A stretch of DNA of 64,000 nucleotides from Candidatus Acidiferrales bacterium. GTDB taxonomy: Bacteria > Acidobacteriota > Terriglobia > Acidiferrales > UBA7541. The notes under the pieces are model-generated. The model was not told the origin of the DNA. It saw only the letters and a program-made list of their open reading frames with translations, and ran no database searches. Position numbers and translations under genes: made by a program. Shown here piece by piece: positions 12,463 through 23,474 of the stretch; position 1 is the stretch's first letter, and every line of letters begins with the position of its first letter. The stretch is taken from the NCBI GenBank assembly GCA_963742905.1, contig CAVUNS010000007.1, forward strand, positions 27,264-91,263, written 5' to 3'.

Positions 12463-12790
12463 AGTCTCTTCCTCCCTGAAAATTACCTGACGAATCCCGT
12501 ATATTTCAGTTTTGCCTCTGGACCACCAATCGTGATGTGCGGAGGCCACAGGACAATCCCCAGCGATGCACTTGTCCCAACAACCTAGGGCGGTTCCGCG
12601 GAAATCCTCGCTCAGCGCGAGACGGACGGAACAAGTCGCTGCGGCACAAAGCATAGTCTATAAGTTCATCATTCTGCAAGCATTTCCTCTGGTACTTCCC
12701 GGGACCACCCGAGTCCTTCCCTCCTCCTTTACCCACTATCCTGTATGCGACAGTTCCTTGGCTCATGCTCTGCTGCGTTACACTCAAACC

Positions 12791-13717
12791 GTGAATCCCG
12801 CAATCTCTCTCGACCTCCACTGGACCAATCGTCCTCACTCGATTGCCTGCGCGTTGCTCCGCACTCCGGATTATGTAGCCCTCATCGATCCTGGTCCGGC
12901 CTCCACCATTTCTACTTTGCGAGAACATTTGTCTCTTCACGGATTAGCGATTCGCGATATGAACGCCATCCTTTTAACACACATTCATCTGGACCATGCG
13001 GCCGCCACCGGCGCACTCGTTCGCGAAAATCCCCGCATTACTGTTTATGTCCATAACAACGGCGCGCCGCACATGATGGACCCGTCCAAACTTCTTCAAA
13101 GTGCTTCACGTTTGTACGGAGAAAAATTGCACGAACTGTTCGGCGAGTTTCTGCCGGTTGCGCCAGAAAACATTCGCGCGCTTCAGGGCGGCGAGACTCT
13201 CGATCTAGGTCTGCACAAGCTTCAGGTCCTTTACACTCCGGGCCACGCCTCGCACCACGTTACCTATTTCGACCAGACCCACGGTACCGCTTTTGTCGGC
13301 GACACCGCAGGAGTTTCGATCAACGGCGATTCGTTTGTTCTGCCGGTCACTCCGCCCCCGGACATCGACATCGGACTGTGGGACGCATCGATGGACGCCA
13401 TTGCCAGCCTTCATCCAAACCGCTTGTTCCTCACCCATTTTGCGTTTTCTGACAATCCGGCGGCGCACATTTCCAGCTATCGCGAACGGCTGCACCGCTG
13501 GCGCGACCTCTCCGCAAATATCGTTGCGGCTAATCTGCCGGACGCCCTCGCGGTTCATCGCTTTGCCAAGGAAGTGGCGGCGGAAGCCGCGCAGTCCCTG
13601 TCCCCGGATGCGCTTTCGCATTATCTCTACAATGGAGCTCTGGATCTGTCCTGGTTAGGCTTGACTCGTTATCACCGCAAACGCGCCGCTGCTCCGCATT
13701 CCACTCCGGCGAGCTAA
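12791..13717 (+). CDS. Metallo-beta-lactamase fold hydrolase
   Basis: THIHLDH, TPGHASHH, GD and TH motifs; GTG start chosen from the domain boundary. Confidence 0.85.
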   Translation: MNPAISLDLHWTNRPHSIACALLRTPDYVALIDPGPASTISTLREHLSLHGLAIRDMNAILLTHIHLDHAAATGALVRENPRITVYVHNNGAPHMMDPSKLLQSASRLYGEKLHELFGEFLPVAPENIRALQGGETLDLGLHKLQVLYTPGHASHHVTYFDQTHGTAFVGDTAGVSINGDSFVLPVTPPPDIDIGLWDASMDAIASLHPNRLFLTHFAFSDNPAAHISSYRERLHRWRDLSANIVAANLPDALAVHRFAKEVAAEAAQSLSPDALSHYLYNGALDLSWLGLTRYHRKRAAAPHSTPAS

Positions 13718-13776
13718 CGTGGTCCGTTGCCCAACTGGGGTCCAGAATCTGTTTGCCACGAGCCGGCAGAACGCGC

Positions 13777-15225
13777 TCAGCGGGCTTCCACTGAGCTGCC
13801 GCCTTTCGCGGACTTGTCCAAACCAAATTCGCGGTGCAAACTTTGCAGTGCGGGAACCACGCACTGCTCCTGAATCACAAACGAGATGTTTGTCTCTGAC
13901 GAACCCTGCGCGATGGCAATCAGGTTTACACCCACTTTCCCCATCGCATTGAACGTCCTTCCCGCAATCCCGGGCGTGCCGCACATGTTTTGCCCCACGA
14001 CCGCCACAATCGCAATTTGTGGATCCACTCTTATGTGTTCGACTTTGTGATGGTCCAGATCTTGCGCAAATTCCTTGCGCAGCGCATCCACGGTTCGCTG
14101 CGCATCCGCCGAAGAGACCCCGAAACAAATGTCGTTTTGCGAAGACGACTGTGAAATCAGCAACACGTTCGCCCGCACTTCCGCCGTCGTCGAAAATGTC
14201 CGTCCCACCACATCGGGCAAGCCGATGATTCCAGGTCCGCCCACACTAATCAGCGTCACATCGCGAATGGCGGTCAAAGCTTTCACCCCGCCCCCTATGT
14301 TTTGCCCATTTGGCGTGATTTTCGTCCCGCAATTTTTCTGGCGCGAAGCTGTTGCGGATCCACACGGGAATGCCCGCCTGCACCACCGGCCTCAGGGTCT
14401 TCGGATGCAGCACCTTGGCCCCGAAATACGCCAAGCTCCGCCGCTTCCCGGTAGGATATTTCGGGAATCGTCCGCGCTTCCGTCACCAATCGCGGGTCTG
14501 CGGTCAACACACCATCCACATCCGTCCAGATAATCACTTCGTCCGCATCCAACGCTGCTCCCAGAATCGTTGCCGAATAGTCCGAACCGCCGCGCCCAAG
14601 CGTCGTGAGCTCCCCTTTCGGTGTCGCGCCCATGAACCCGGTCACCACCGGCACAGTTCCGTTCTCGACGAGCGGTAAAATTCGCGCTTGTGTGTTTCGC
14701 CGGGTGTGCTCCATGTCTGGTTCCGCGCCTCCGTGAAATTCGTCGGTTACGATTAATTCCGTCGCTTCCACCGCTTCGCTCTTCACTCCCAACTCCCGCA
14801 ACGCGGCGGAAACCATCGGCGCTGACAACCGCTCGCCAAGGCTGGAGATCGTGTCCATGGTTCGCGGCGAAAGCTCGCGCAGCAGCGCTGTCCCCTCGCA
14901 GAATCGCAATCCTTCCGCAAACACCGCATCCAATCGCTGCCTCACTCGCGCTCGTTCATCCTCGCTACGCATCAAACCCGTCAACGCGACCTCGTGTTGC
15001 GACCGTAACGTTTCCATCATCGCCGCCGCGCCAGCCCCATTTCCTCTTTGCGCCGTCGCGAGCGGCATCAATCAGACGGTTCGTCACCCCGCTCATCGCC
15101 GAAACAACCGCCACGCAACCGCCATCCCGCGCGCCGCCGGCAATAATTTTCGCCGCACGCGCGATGCACTCCGCATTGCCGACCGAAGTTCCACCGAACT
15201 TCATCACCTGCACCCGAGCACTCAT
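13777..15225 (-). CDS. lysC: Aspartate kinase with two ACT domains, frameshifted
   Basis: [47 protein letters not shown] and ACT domains spread over four overlapping ORFs. Confidence 0.9.
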
Positions 15226-15449
15226 CTTGCTCCTGTCTGAATCTGATTTGAGTTGCATACCCAGTGGCTTCGCTGATCGTACTTCTATTCTATCGGTGGG
15301 CAGATTCGGCGGAATGTCACATTCAAAGCATGTGCGATTCGCATTCGATGCATTCACATTTTTTATGTTCAGGGAGATGGCAGCTACACTTTGCTGTCCA
15401 GGAAGGAAGGAGAACTCCGCGGAACGACACCGTTTTGGAGCGTAGTGGT

Positions 15450-15720
15450 TCAGCGCGGCGGACATACTCTCAAATCCAATCCGCCGACTTTCGAAATATA
15501 TTGGCATTTTTGGCAAATCTGCTCATGGTTCTCCAGCAACCCATATGCTCGTACATATGCCTTTGCAGGCCTCTACCCGGCTGCTCGCCTGTCCATTTGC
15601 AAACGAGCCGCGCTCGGCCAAAGTCTGCCGTTGTTGCCAAAGTGCCAAAGATCTTTGACAAGATTCCAGTAACCGTTGATATTCGGGGCAAACCGCTAAT
15701 TGCGGTGCAAGAACTGCCAT
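15450..15720 (-). CDS. Small Cys/His-rich hypothetical protein, frameshifted; end uncertain
   Basis: MAVLAPQLAVCPEYQRLLESC... continues in another frame as AYVRAYGLLENHEQICQKCQYISK. Confidence 0.4.
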
Positions 15721-16078
15721 GCCATAAGTAGGGTCCCCCCTTTGCCTTTCGTCAAGAGCATTCAAATTACCAGTCAAGTCAAGCTCGTTTATTTCGGATG
15801 TTGGTCCGCCGCAAGGAACGATTAATTTTTCTAAGGCATAGTACGAAATAATTCACTAGCTTCACCCGATTTCCGGTAATTCTTACTCGCGAGTTACGCA
15901 GCAGTTGCGCTCGCTTCACAAATTTTTCTTTGCCGTTTGTATGATGGCCTAACTCTTGATCGACCGGGTCGGTTTTATTCTTCGGCCACTGCCAACCAAC
16001 ATAAACGATATTGTGACCACCGCAATCTCAAACGCCGTTGAGATCACCGTCGATCGCCATTAAAATCACTTAATCGAT

Positions 16079-17093
16079 TTAGTGAATCCAGCTATACGCT
16101 GTTTCCGTTTGCGAAGACGAAGGTTCTTCCGTTTTCGAATCGCCTTCGGGTGCAGATGCAGGGCTGGGTGGCACCAGCGCCGTGAAACGTGCTGCAAGTA
16201 TTTCGCAGATCAGTTCAACCAGTTTACCGGCCCCGGTTCCGTCCGCATCTTTGTCAGGATTGTATTGCGCAATGTCCAGTCCCAGCAGGTTCTTTTCTTT
16301 GTGAACTCGGTCAATGCCGCCCGCACCTCGTCGAACGACATTCCCCCGTTGCCCGGCACATTCGTAGCGGGAAACTCTTCCTGTGCGATGACATCAATAT
16401 CCACGTGCAGCATAAATTCCCGCGCTATCGGCATGAAGTTGCGCCAGCGCATTTTGCGCCGCCGCCGCCGCTCCTTTCAGCCGAACATCCGCCGCATAAA
16501 TAGTCCGTACCGGGGATCGAGACAAAATTTCCTGCTCCGCTGGATCCAGCCGCTCCATCCCGAAAATCAACGTGTCCGGCTCGCGAACCAACGGTGGTTC
16601 GCTCCAGAATCGTACCAACTCCGCCGACCCTCTCCCGTGGATCCCGGCAAGCACCATGCCATCCAACCGGCCCGAGGGAGTCGTCGCCGGCGTATTAAGG
16701 TCCGCATCACGATCGAACCACAATAAATTGAGGTCTTGTAGTACCGCCGGCGCCCGTTAACAGCGCCACGATTTGCGTGCAGTCGCCGCCGAACACCAGC
16801 ACCAGTGCGCCGGACTTCACCGCCTGCTCCGCTTGCGGCTTAAATTCATTCAACGATGCCACAATCGCCGGCAAATTCCGCGCCCGTTTGTGCTCGTCGT
16901 CTTCCGCGAACATCTGCGGTGCACAGTCGCCAAATCCGTCACTTCGTATCCAATCGTCTTTGAGTTTGTCCACCAATCCCGCTGCTCGGAGCGCAGCAGG
17001 CGCTTTTTCACTGCCGGGGAGAACGCTGCGGCGCTTGACGGGTGCGCCTATCAGAGCAATCTTGTTCGGCTGACGGACAATTTTGACCGCCAA
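16079..17093 (-). CDS. Arginase/ureohydrolase family protein, frameshifted
   Basis: GSEKAPAALRAAGL, GGDC, WFDRDADLNTP, LHVDIDV and PGNGG motifs in successive frames. Confidence 0.8.
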
Positions 17094-17199
17094 AGTGCGC
17101 TCCTTCTGAAGCGATAGGTTGTGCCGGGCTACAGCTACGACGCCGGGTGTTTCCCCTGCCCGGCCTTACAAAAACCTCAGTCCACTCAGCTTTCAACGA

Positions 17200-18168
17200 C
17201 TACCGTCGCGGAGCCGGAGCAATGGAGGCAAGCTCCGCAGGAAGCGTGAAGCGCACGTCCTCGCGGATCAAGTCCAGATCCCGCTGGTCGGTAAATCCAA
17301 ATTGCGCCAGCCGTTCGCTTACCTGCTCCACCAGCACTTCCGGCGCGGATGCTCCCGCGGTCAGGCCAATGCGGCGCACTCCCTCAAGCCAAACTGGATC
17401 AATGTCCGTTGCGGAGTCGATCAGCCGCGCTCTCACGTTCAGGCGTTCGCCAATTCCACCAGTCGATTGCTGTTCGAGCTGTTTTGCGAACCCGACCACC
17501 AGAATCAAATCGACATCCTTCGCTACCTGCTCCACCGCTTCTTGCCGGTTCTGCGTGGCGTAGCAGATATCGTCGCTTGCGGGGCCCAGAATCTTGGGAA
17601 AGCGCTGTCGAAGCCGCGACACAATCTCCTGCGTATCGTATAGGCTCAGTGTCGTTTGCGTCAGGAACGCTAGCCTCTCCGGATCCTCCACTTCCAAGGC
17701 ATCCACCGCGGCGATGGAATCCACCACCAAGGTGTGGTCCGGCGCCTCACCGGAAGTGCCCACGATCTCCTGGTGGTCTTTGTGGCCGATCAGAATGATT
17801 GTGCGCTTCTCGCGCGCAAACTTCAGTGCTTCCAGATGCACTTTCGTCACTAGCGGGCAGGTCGCATCAATTACCCGCAGCGACCGTTCTTTCGCCTCTT
17901 GCCTCACCGTGGGCGGCACTCCGTGCGCGCTGAACACCAGCACAGCACCTGGACGGTACTTCCGTGATCGTTTCGACAAAAATCGCGCCCCGCCGCCGCA
18001 ATTGCTCCACAACATAGGTATTGTGCACAATTTCATGGTGCACGTAGACCGGGCGCCCCATACGCCTCTAATGCCAGCTCCACAATGTCGACGGCCCGCA
18101 CTACTCCAGCGCAGAAACCCCGCGGCCGAACCCGAAGCAATGTCTTGGTCTCTAGTTTGGATATCCAT
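17200..18168 (-). CDS. ispH: 4-hydroxy-3-methylbut-2-enyl diphosphate reductase, frameshifted
   Basis: [53 protein letters not shown]. Confidence 0.92.
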   Translation of the reverse strand: MDIQTRDQDIASGSAAGFLRWSSAGRRHCGAGIRGVWGARSTCTMKLCTIPMLWSNCGGGARFLSKRSRKYRPGAVLVFSAHGVPPTVRQEAKERSLRVIDATCPLVTKVHLEALKFAREKRTIILIGHKDHQEIVGTSGEAPDHTLVVDSIAAVDALEVEDPERLAFLTQTTLSLYDTQEIVSRLRQRFPKILGPASDDICYATQNRQEAVEQVAKDVDLILVVGFAKQLEQQSTGGIGERLNVRARLIDSATDIDPVWLEGVRRIGLTAGASAPEVLVEQVSERLAQFGFTDQRDLDLIREDVRFTLPAELASIAPAPRR

Positions 18169-18448
18169 CTCTTCCTTAAGCCATCGGAATTCACAAAATT
18201 CTATCATATCAAACCCAACATTCCGCCGCTCCCTTACCTGGGAAATGCCCACTCCGCGGCAGCTACCGCTTCTGGAGTGGCCGAACCTAGCATCGGCCAA
18301 TCTTTCCCATATTCATCGGGTGTCGATAGGCGTACTTCACTAGGCAATACCCGTCGCGCAAAAAAGACACCGCCACCTGCCTGAAGGGCCAGTCCACCAG
18401 CGGACGGAAAGGGGTAAAATTCTCTGGAAGGTGAGGACGTTCTAATCT

Positions 18449-18793
18449 ATGCCGCACCCGGAAAATCGTAGACGCAGCGAACGGGTCGTTCTCCGCATGC
18501 CCGTCGTGATCGTGGCCGAAAACGAGGACCGCAAGCAGATGCAGGAGCGCGCCGAAACTCAGGTCGTCAATGCCCACGGCGGCCTGCTCCGCATGCGCCA
18601 GCACCTTCACGTAGGCCAATCCTTCCTGCTTAGCAATCCGCAAAACGGTTCCGAAATGAGCTGCCGCGTCGTGCGCACCGAGGAAGACGGCCTGGACTTC
18701 TACCGCATCGCCTTCGAATTCGATCGCCCCGCACCCCAGTTCTGGCCCATCGTCTTTCCCCCCGCCGACTGGACCGCCACCACCCTGAAGTAG
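18449..18793 (+). CDS. PilZ-like domain protein
   Basis: RRRSERV (RxxxR) N-terminus followed by VNAHGG and a beta-rich CRVV/AFEF pattern. Confidence 0.65.
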   Translation: MPHPENRRRSERVVLRMPVVIVAENEDRKQMQERAETQVVNAHGGLLRMRQHLHVGQSFLLSNPQNGSEMSCRVVRTEEDGLDFYRIAFEFDRPAPQFWPIVFPPADWTATTLK

Positions 18794-18946
18794 CACGTCC
18801 CTTCTGTCCTATTCGGCAACTCAAGATGGAAAGTGCAACGTCCAAGGTGCGTGGTACGTTATAACCCACACCTAGGCGACTCCACCGGATGTTGTGAAGG
18901 AAACAAGACTAGAGAGGTTACTTTTGTGGGAGGCTATTCTGGCTAG

Positions 18947-19168
18947 ATGGACCAAAAAACAATCAATAACCGAGTTACTGAGAGAACTCATCCATACCGA
19001 GCCTTCGAAGGGACTAAGCTATGGAAGAAAGTGAACACCGCCATCAACGTGCTAGTCGCGAACGGCGACATCAAAGAAACAACTCGGCGAGAATACATCG
19101 TTGGTTATATTTGCAAAATGATTGGCTCGCATCCTACCCCTAGAACCAAGAGGAGAGATTCACGGTAA
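18947..19168 (+). CDS. Small hypothetical protein in an AT-richer patch
   Basis: 73-aa ORF with gggagg upstream; protein-like composition (HPY..FE.T.LW...YIVGYICK). Confidence 0.55.
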   Translation: MDQKTINNRVTERTHPYRAFEGTKLWKKVNTAINVLVANGDIKETTRREYIVGYICKMIGSHPTPRTKRRDSR

Positions 19169-19252
19169 GACTCGGCGCAAAATCAGAGCATCCACAACGG
19201 CGAGAGGCAATCCTTTTGGGGGCTATGGATGGACTAAATAAGGGAACACCAA

Positions 19253-19444
19253 ATGGTCAAGTTATACGAGGTAATTGGGAAGAAAAATTGGTTCTTGCTG
19301 TTTAATATATTTGTCGTTCTATGTCTCGTTATCAGCGGACGTCTACGCCGGGACGTTGATTCGATCTTCAGCTATGGTCTTGCATTGCTAATCGTCAATC
19401 TATTGACGGTATTGGCGGCACGCCGCTTTCCTAACTGGAAGTGA
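19253..19444 (+). CDS. Small two-TM membrane protein
   Basis: 63 aa, two hydrophobic helices, aaggga RBS-like site. Confidence 0.5.
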   Translation: MVKLYEVIGKKNWFLLFNIFVVLCLVISGRLRRDVDSIFSYGLALLIVNLLTVLAARRFPNWK

Positions 19445-19707
19445 AGGATGTTCATTAAACTAGTCTTCCTGAATCTAGGTATCGCTGTGGGTTTGGGCGG
19501 GTGGCCCGGGCTGATGTCCTGAGAAAATTGGGTTGCCCCGACCTCGGAGGGTGGCTTCTTGGACTCCTATCGGGGCAGCGAGCGAGTAATGTTCCGCCGC
19601 CGCCTCTCCCCTGCTGAAGCTCCACCATAGCTCGAACCAGCAATCCACGACGAGCAGCCAACTTTTTTGCAATACTCGTGTTTCCAATAAGGTGGAGGTA
19701 TGTACAC

Positions 19708-20392
19708 GTGGAATTCGGGAAACGTTCAGTAGGTGCAGCGCTCATGTCTGCCGTGCTTGTGGGCGGCATGGCCCTTTCTGGTTGTAACGACAATGTGGAA
19801 GTACTTCGCGATCCGGATGTTCGCATCGCCAAGGGCATGACTTGGGCCTGGCGGCCGATGACGCCGCCTCCCGCCCCTCAGTCGAGACGCGACTCGGACA
19901 ACCGCCCGGTCGTATCGCGTGATGTGATCAGCTCAGCTCCGCCGCCGCAGCGGCTGGAGAGCAATCGCGACTGGAACACCGAGGCGAATCGCGACCAACT
20001 GAAAAAAGCCATCGAAAAGGGGCTCAAGTCCAAAGGGCTGGTGCAGATCACCAATCCGGACATGGCAGATTTTCTGGTCGATTATCACGTCGCGGTCAAA
20101 AGTCAGCGCGCCACCGTCGGCACCATCGTATCCGGGCGGCTATCCGGGCGTCGTGTGCGGACCTTACGGCTGCTGGTCGGGCTGGGGTTGGGGACCCCCG
20201 GAAGTCCAGTACCGCACAGTCCGCTATCACGAAGGCACGTTCGTGTTGGACCTTGCTCTACAAGAGCCCAAAAAGCTCGCCTATCGTGCCATCAGCACCA
20301 AGGATTTAAACAACAAACACACGATCTCGCCTTATCAGGCCGAACAAGCCGTGGATCATCTTTTGAAAGGTCTGAAGGTCAGCGCTAAGTAG
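19708..20392 (+). CDS. DUF4136-like lipoprotein, frameshifted
   Basis: Lipobox LSGC; TWAW, L..KGL, ADFLVDY and Y.EGTFVLDL motifs split between two frames. Confidence 0.7.
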
Positions 20393-20416
20393 TCTTTCCC
20401 GACGAACTGGACAACA

Positions 20417-20452
20417 AAAGCCGGAACGCGCCTCGAAGACGGTTCCGGCTTT
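20417..20452. terminator. Probable bidirectional terminator between convergent genes
   Basis: aaagccggaac...gttccggcttt stem with A/T flanks. Confidence 0.6.
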
Positions 20453-20467
20453 CCCTTCAAAAGGCTA

Positions 20468-20514
20468 TGGCGGGATAAACCCGCCGCAGACGTAGCAGCG
20501 GGTTTACCCCGCTG
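20468..20514. repeat. Inverted pair of GTAG-type REP elements
   Basis: tggcgggataaacccgccgcagac followed by gtagcagcgggtttaccccgc; each is a short hairpin and they are near reverse complements. Confidence 0.6.
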
Positions 20515-20533
20515 CCTTGTGCGCACCAATGTT

Positions 20534-21494
20534 CTATCGCGGCTTGCTTTGCGGTTGCGCCTGCGGTTCAGATTGAGGCTGCGCCTGGGGCTGCTGTTGT
20601 TGCGGATTCGGCGAAGCCTGCGGATTTGGACTAGTCACCGGTGGCGCCGGCGGCTTGTTCTCTGTCTTAGGCTGAATCGACAGCAATTCCACCTCAAAAA
20701 GAAGCGTTGCGTTCGGCCCAATTGGACCACCCTGCGTTCCCCGGTCGCCGTAAGCCAAAGTTGGCGGGATCGCCAACTCCCATTTCGAACCAACCGGCAT
20801 CAACTGCAGCGCTTCCGTCCAGCCCTTAATAACTTGCCCGACCGGAAACGTCGCCGGCTTCCCGCGCTTGTACGAGCTATCGAATTCCGTGCCGTCCACC
20901 AGCGTACCTTTATAATTGCATACCACCACGTCGCTTAGCGTTGGTTTGGGACCATTTCCTTCGCTGACCACCTTATATTGCAAACCGCTCGGCAGCGTCA
21001 CCACTCCCGGCTTGGCTTTGTTGGACGCCAGGAATTCTTCACCCGCCTTCGAATTCTTGACCGCTTCCGCATCGCGCACTTCCTGGGCATGTTTCCGGAG
21101 GTCCGTCTGCAGCGCGGTCAAAACTTTTTGGGCTTCCTCATCGCTCAGCGCCGGTTTCGCCCCTGCCAACGCGTCCTTCATTCCCCGTACCAGAATATCA
21201 TTATTCACGTCCACGGAGTCCTTCTTCAGGTTCTCCTTCAGCCCCTTTCCGATGTTCATGCCGATGGCGTAACTCGCCTTGTCTTTGTCGGTGGTCAAAA
21301 CCAGCGGATGCAACTGGTTTTTTCGCTGTGGTTGTGCCGGGTTTTGCCGGCGTAGTTGTTTTCGGCTGAGCGACTCGTTTCGAACCTGCCGAAGAACTCG
21401 TTGGGGGCGTGGAAGACTGCTGCGCCAGGGCCATGCCACAGAGCAGCGTTCCCGCCAGGGAGAAAGTCAGGGTGCGATAAAGTGTTTTGCACAT
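20534..21494 (-). CDS. fkpA: FKBP-type peptidyl-prolyl isomerase (FkpA/Mip-like), frameshifted in the N-terminal region
   Basis: Signal peptide in ORF 21201-21494; SYAIG dimerisation motif, SGLQY, YKGTL, FDSS, VIKGW, LAYG. Confidence 0.85.
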
Positions 21495-21754
21495 TCTGTG
21501 ATTGTCACACCGATGGCGAGTGCAAGCAAATCAACATTCCTTTGCCGTTTCGACAAGATCTGGCACCCCCGCCAGAGCCGCGCATTCGCGCTCCAGCAAC
21601 TACTCCCGCAAAATACCGGATTCCCCCGCCACGCATCCTTCGCTCCTTCATGCATAACTGAGTTGCGCTGAATCCTTTCTCCGACGCTGCGAGCGGCAAC
21701 GTTCGCAAAGGCATTTCATTGGGCTTCAGCAAATCTTCCTTAAGGAGTGTAAGC

Positions 21755-22273
21755 ATGTTCGGAAAAGTGAATTCCCTTCGCGAACTCTTCGAAATCGAAC
21801 TGAAATATGCCTATGACTGCGAGCAAAAGCTCGTGGAAAAAGGCTTGCCTTCCATGATTGAAAACGCCAGTTCCCAGGAACTGAAATCCGCTCTGCAGCA
21901 GCATTTGCAGGAAACCCGTAACCACGTCGTCCGCCTCGAACACATTTTCTCCGCGCTCGGCAAAGAGCCGGACACCAAGGGCAACGACGTTCTCGATGAA
22001 CTAACCAGCGCCGCCAAGGACTCGATTTCCAATATCGAGGATTCCCCGCTGCGCGACGCCGCTCTTATCGCGAACGGCAACCAGGTCGAACATTATGAAA
22101 TCGCGCTCTACGGCACGTTGGTTGCCTACGCCAAGAGTCTCGGATTGCAAAATGCCGTAAGCCCACTGGAAGAAACGTTGCAGGAAGAAAAACAGGCGGA
22201 CGCCAAGCTCACCCAAATCGGCGAAAACATGCTGAACTCACAAGCCGCCCGCTATCGCGCCGCCGGCAGCTGA
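21755..22273 (+). CDS. Ferritin-like stress protein (YciF/DUF892)
   Basis: ELKYAYDCE, HLQET, QVEHYEIALYGTL, TLQEEKQADAKLT; RBS aaggag. Confidence 0.9.
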   Translation: MFGKVNSLRELFEIELKYAYDCEQKLVEKGLPSMIENASSQELKSALQQHLQETRNHVVRLEHIFSALGKEPDTKGNDVLDELTSAAKDSISNIEDSPLRDAALIANGNQVEHYEIALYGTLVAYAKSLGLQNAVSPLEETLQEEKQADAKLTQIGENMLNSQAARYRAAGS

Positions 22274-22299
22274 CCACTCGTGGGCGGATCCCAGCCCGC

Positions 22300-23295
22300 T
22301 CACACCCAAAATAGTTGCGGCTTCACGGTTGGTCCGTCGTAATGCCCAGAAAGCCGCTTGCCTAACGGCTCCCCCAATGGCTGCAAAGTTTTGCGCATTC
22401 GATCCATATCGTTTTCCGGAAGAGCCGAAAACGCTCGCGCCACCTGAATATTCTGATCCAGCATTTCTTTCTTTGGCATCCCGACCACCGCCGTCGTCAC
22501 AGGCAAGCTCATCGAATACCGTAGTAACTCGCTCATATCCACCTTGCCGTCGGACTTCGTCAGCAAGTATTCCTGCCCGGTCACTTTCATCGCAATCACG
22601 CCAAGGTTCTTTGCACGCGCCGCGGGTAGCGCCAGTTCCTCGAACCGGCCGTTCTGCGAAGCGTTCAAAGCCATTTGCACGCAATCCAGATCGTGCTTCT
22701 GGATGGCTTGCGCCATCACTTCGCCGCTGGTGTGACTGGTCATGCCAATGGCCCGCGCCATCTTCTGTTCTCGCGCCTCCAACAATCCTTTCAACGCCCC
22801 ATCTGGCGCTTCGATTTTTGCCAGATCCTCGGCGCGTCCCAAGCTGTGAATGTGCAGCAAGTCCACATGATCGGTTTGCAGCCGCTGCAAGCTGCCTTCC
22901 AGCCGCCGCATGAAATCGTCCCGCGTGCGATCCGGAATCTTGGTCGCCAACCAAACATCTTTGCGTCGCGTCGCCATCACTTTTCCGACGCGGGTCTCGC
23001 TCTTCCCATCCCCGTAAGCGTACGCGGTATCCAAATACGTGATCCCCGAATCGATCGCGTGGTTCAGGATCGCCAACGCTTCCGCTTCGTCCTCGTACAT
23101 CAGGAACCGGCTGCCGCACCCAAACGCCAGAATCGACACTTGCGCGCCGGTCCGTCCCAAAGTTCGCGTCGGCAACGCATTCGGATTGCTCGGCTGCGCA
23201 TAAGCCCATTCACCCAACAACGAATAACTCGCGCTCGCCGCGGCCCCTACTCCAACTTGTTCCAGGAATTCTCTGCGCGACAGGTCTTTTACCAT
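22300..23295 (-). CDS. Aldo/keto reductase with Tat signal peptide
   Basis: SRREFL twin-arginine motif; LDTAYAYG, LATK, SLQRLQTDHVDLLHIH. Confidence 0.88.
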   Translation of the reverse strand: MVKDLSRREFLEQVGVGAAASASYSLLGEWAYAQPSNPNALPTRTLGRTGAQVSILAFGCGSRFLMYEDEAEALAILNHAIDSGITYLDTAYAYGDGKSETRVGKVMATRRKDVWLATKIPDRTRDDFMRRLEGSLQRLQTDHVDLLHIHSLGRAEDLAKIEAPDGALKGLLEAREQKMARAIGMTSHTSGEVMAQAIQKHDLDCVQMALNASQNGRFEELALPAARAKNLGVIAMKVTGQEYLLTKSDGKVDMSELLRYSMSLPVTTAVVGMPKKEMLDQNIQVARAFSALPENDMDRMRKTLQPLGEPLGKRLSGHYDGPTVKPQLFWV

Positions 23296-23474
23296 GGTCG
23301 GCTCCCAGCCAAAGATACCCTGCTTTTCTATGCCCTGGGCGCTTCTATGTCAAAGGAAAATCCACTGTATCCGTTTCGATGCGCCTCCAGCGCCGGTGAA
23401 CTCCAGACCTACTCCATTCTCAGCTATACTTTTTGTGCCCAGCGCCTCAGCTTCGTCCCCTGTGGAGGCAGTCC

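Noticed and set aside
15226-15516. Lysine riboswitch or attenuator upstream of aspartate kinase
   Set aside because: No recognisable L-box consensus or Thr/Lys-rich leader peptide; the region is partly explained by the small upstream ORF
16025-16044. Inverted repeat atctcaa-N6-ttgagat downstream of the arginase-like gene
   Set aside because: A 7-bp stem could be a weak terminator or operator but is too short to call
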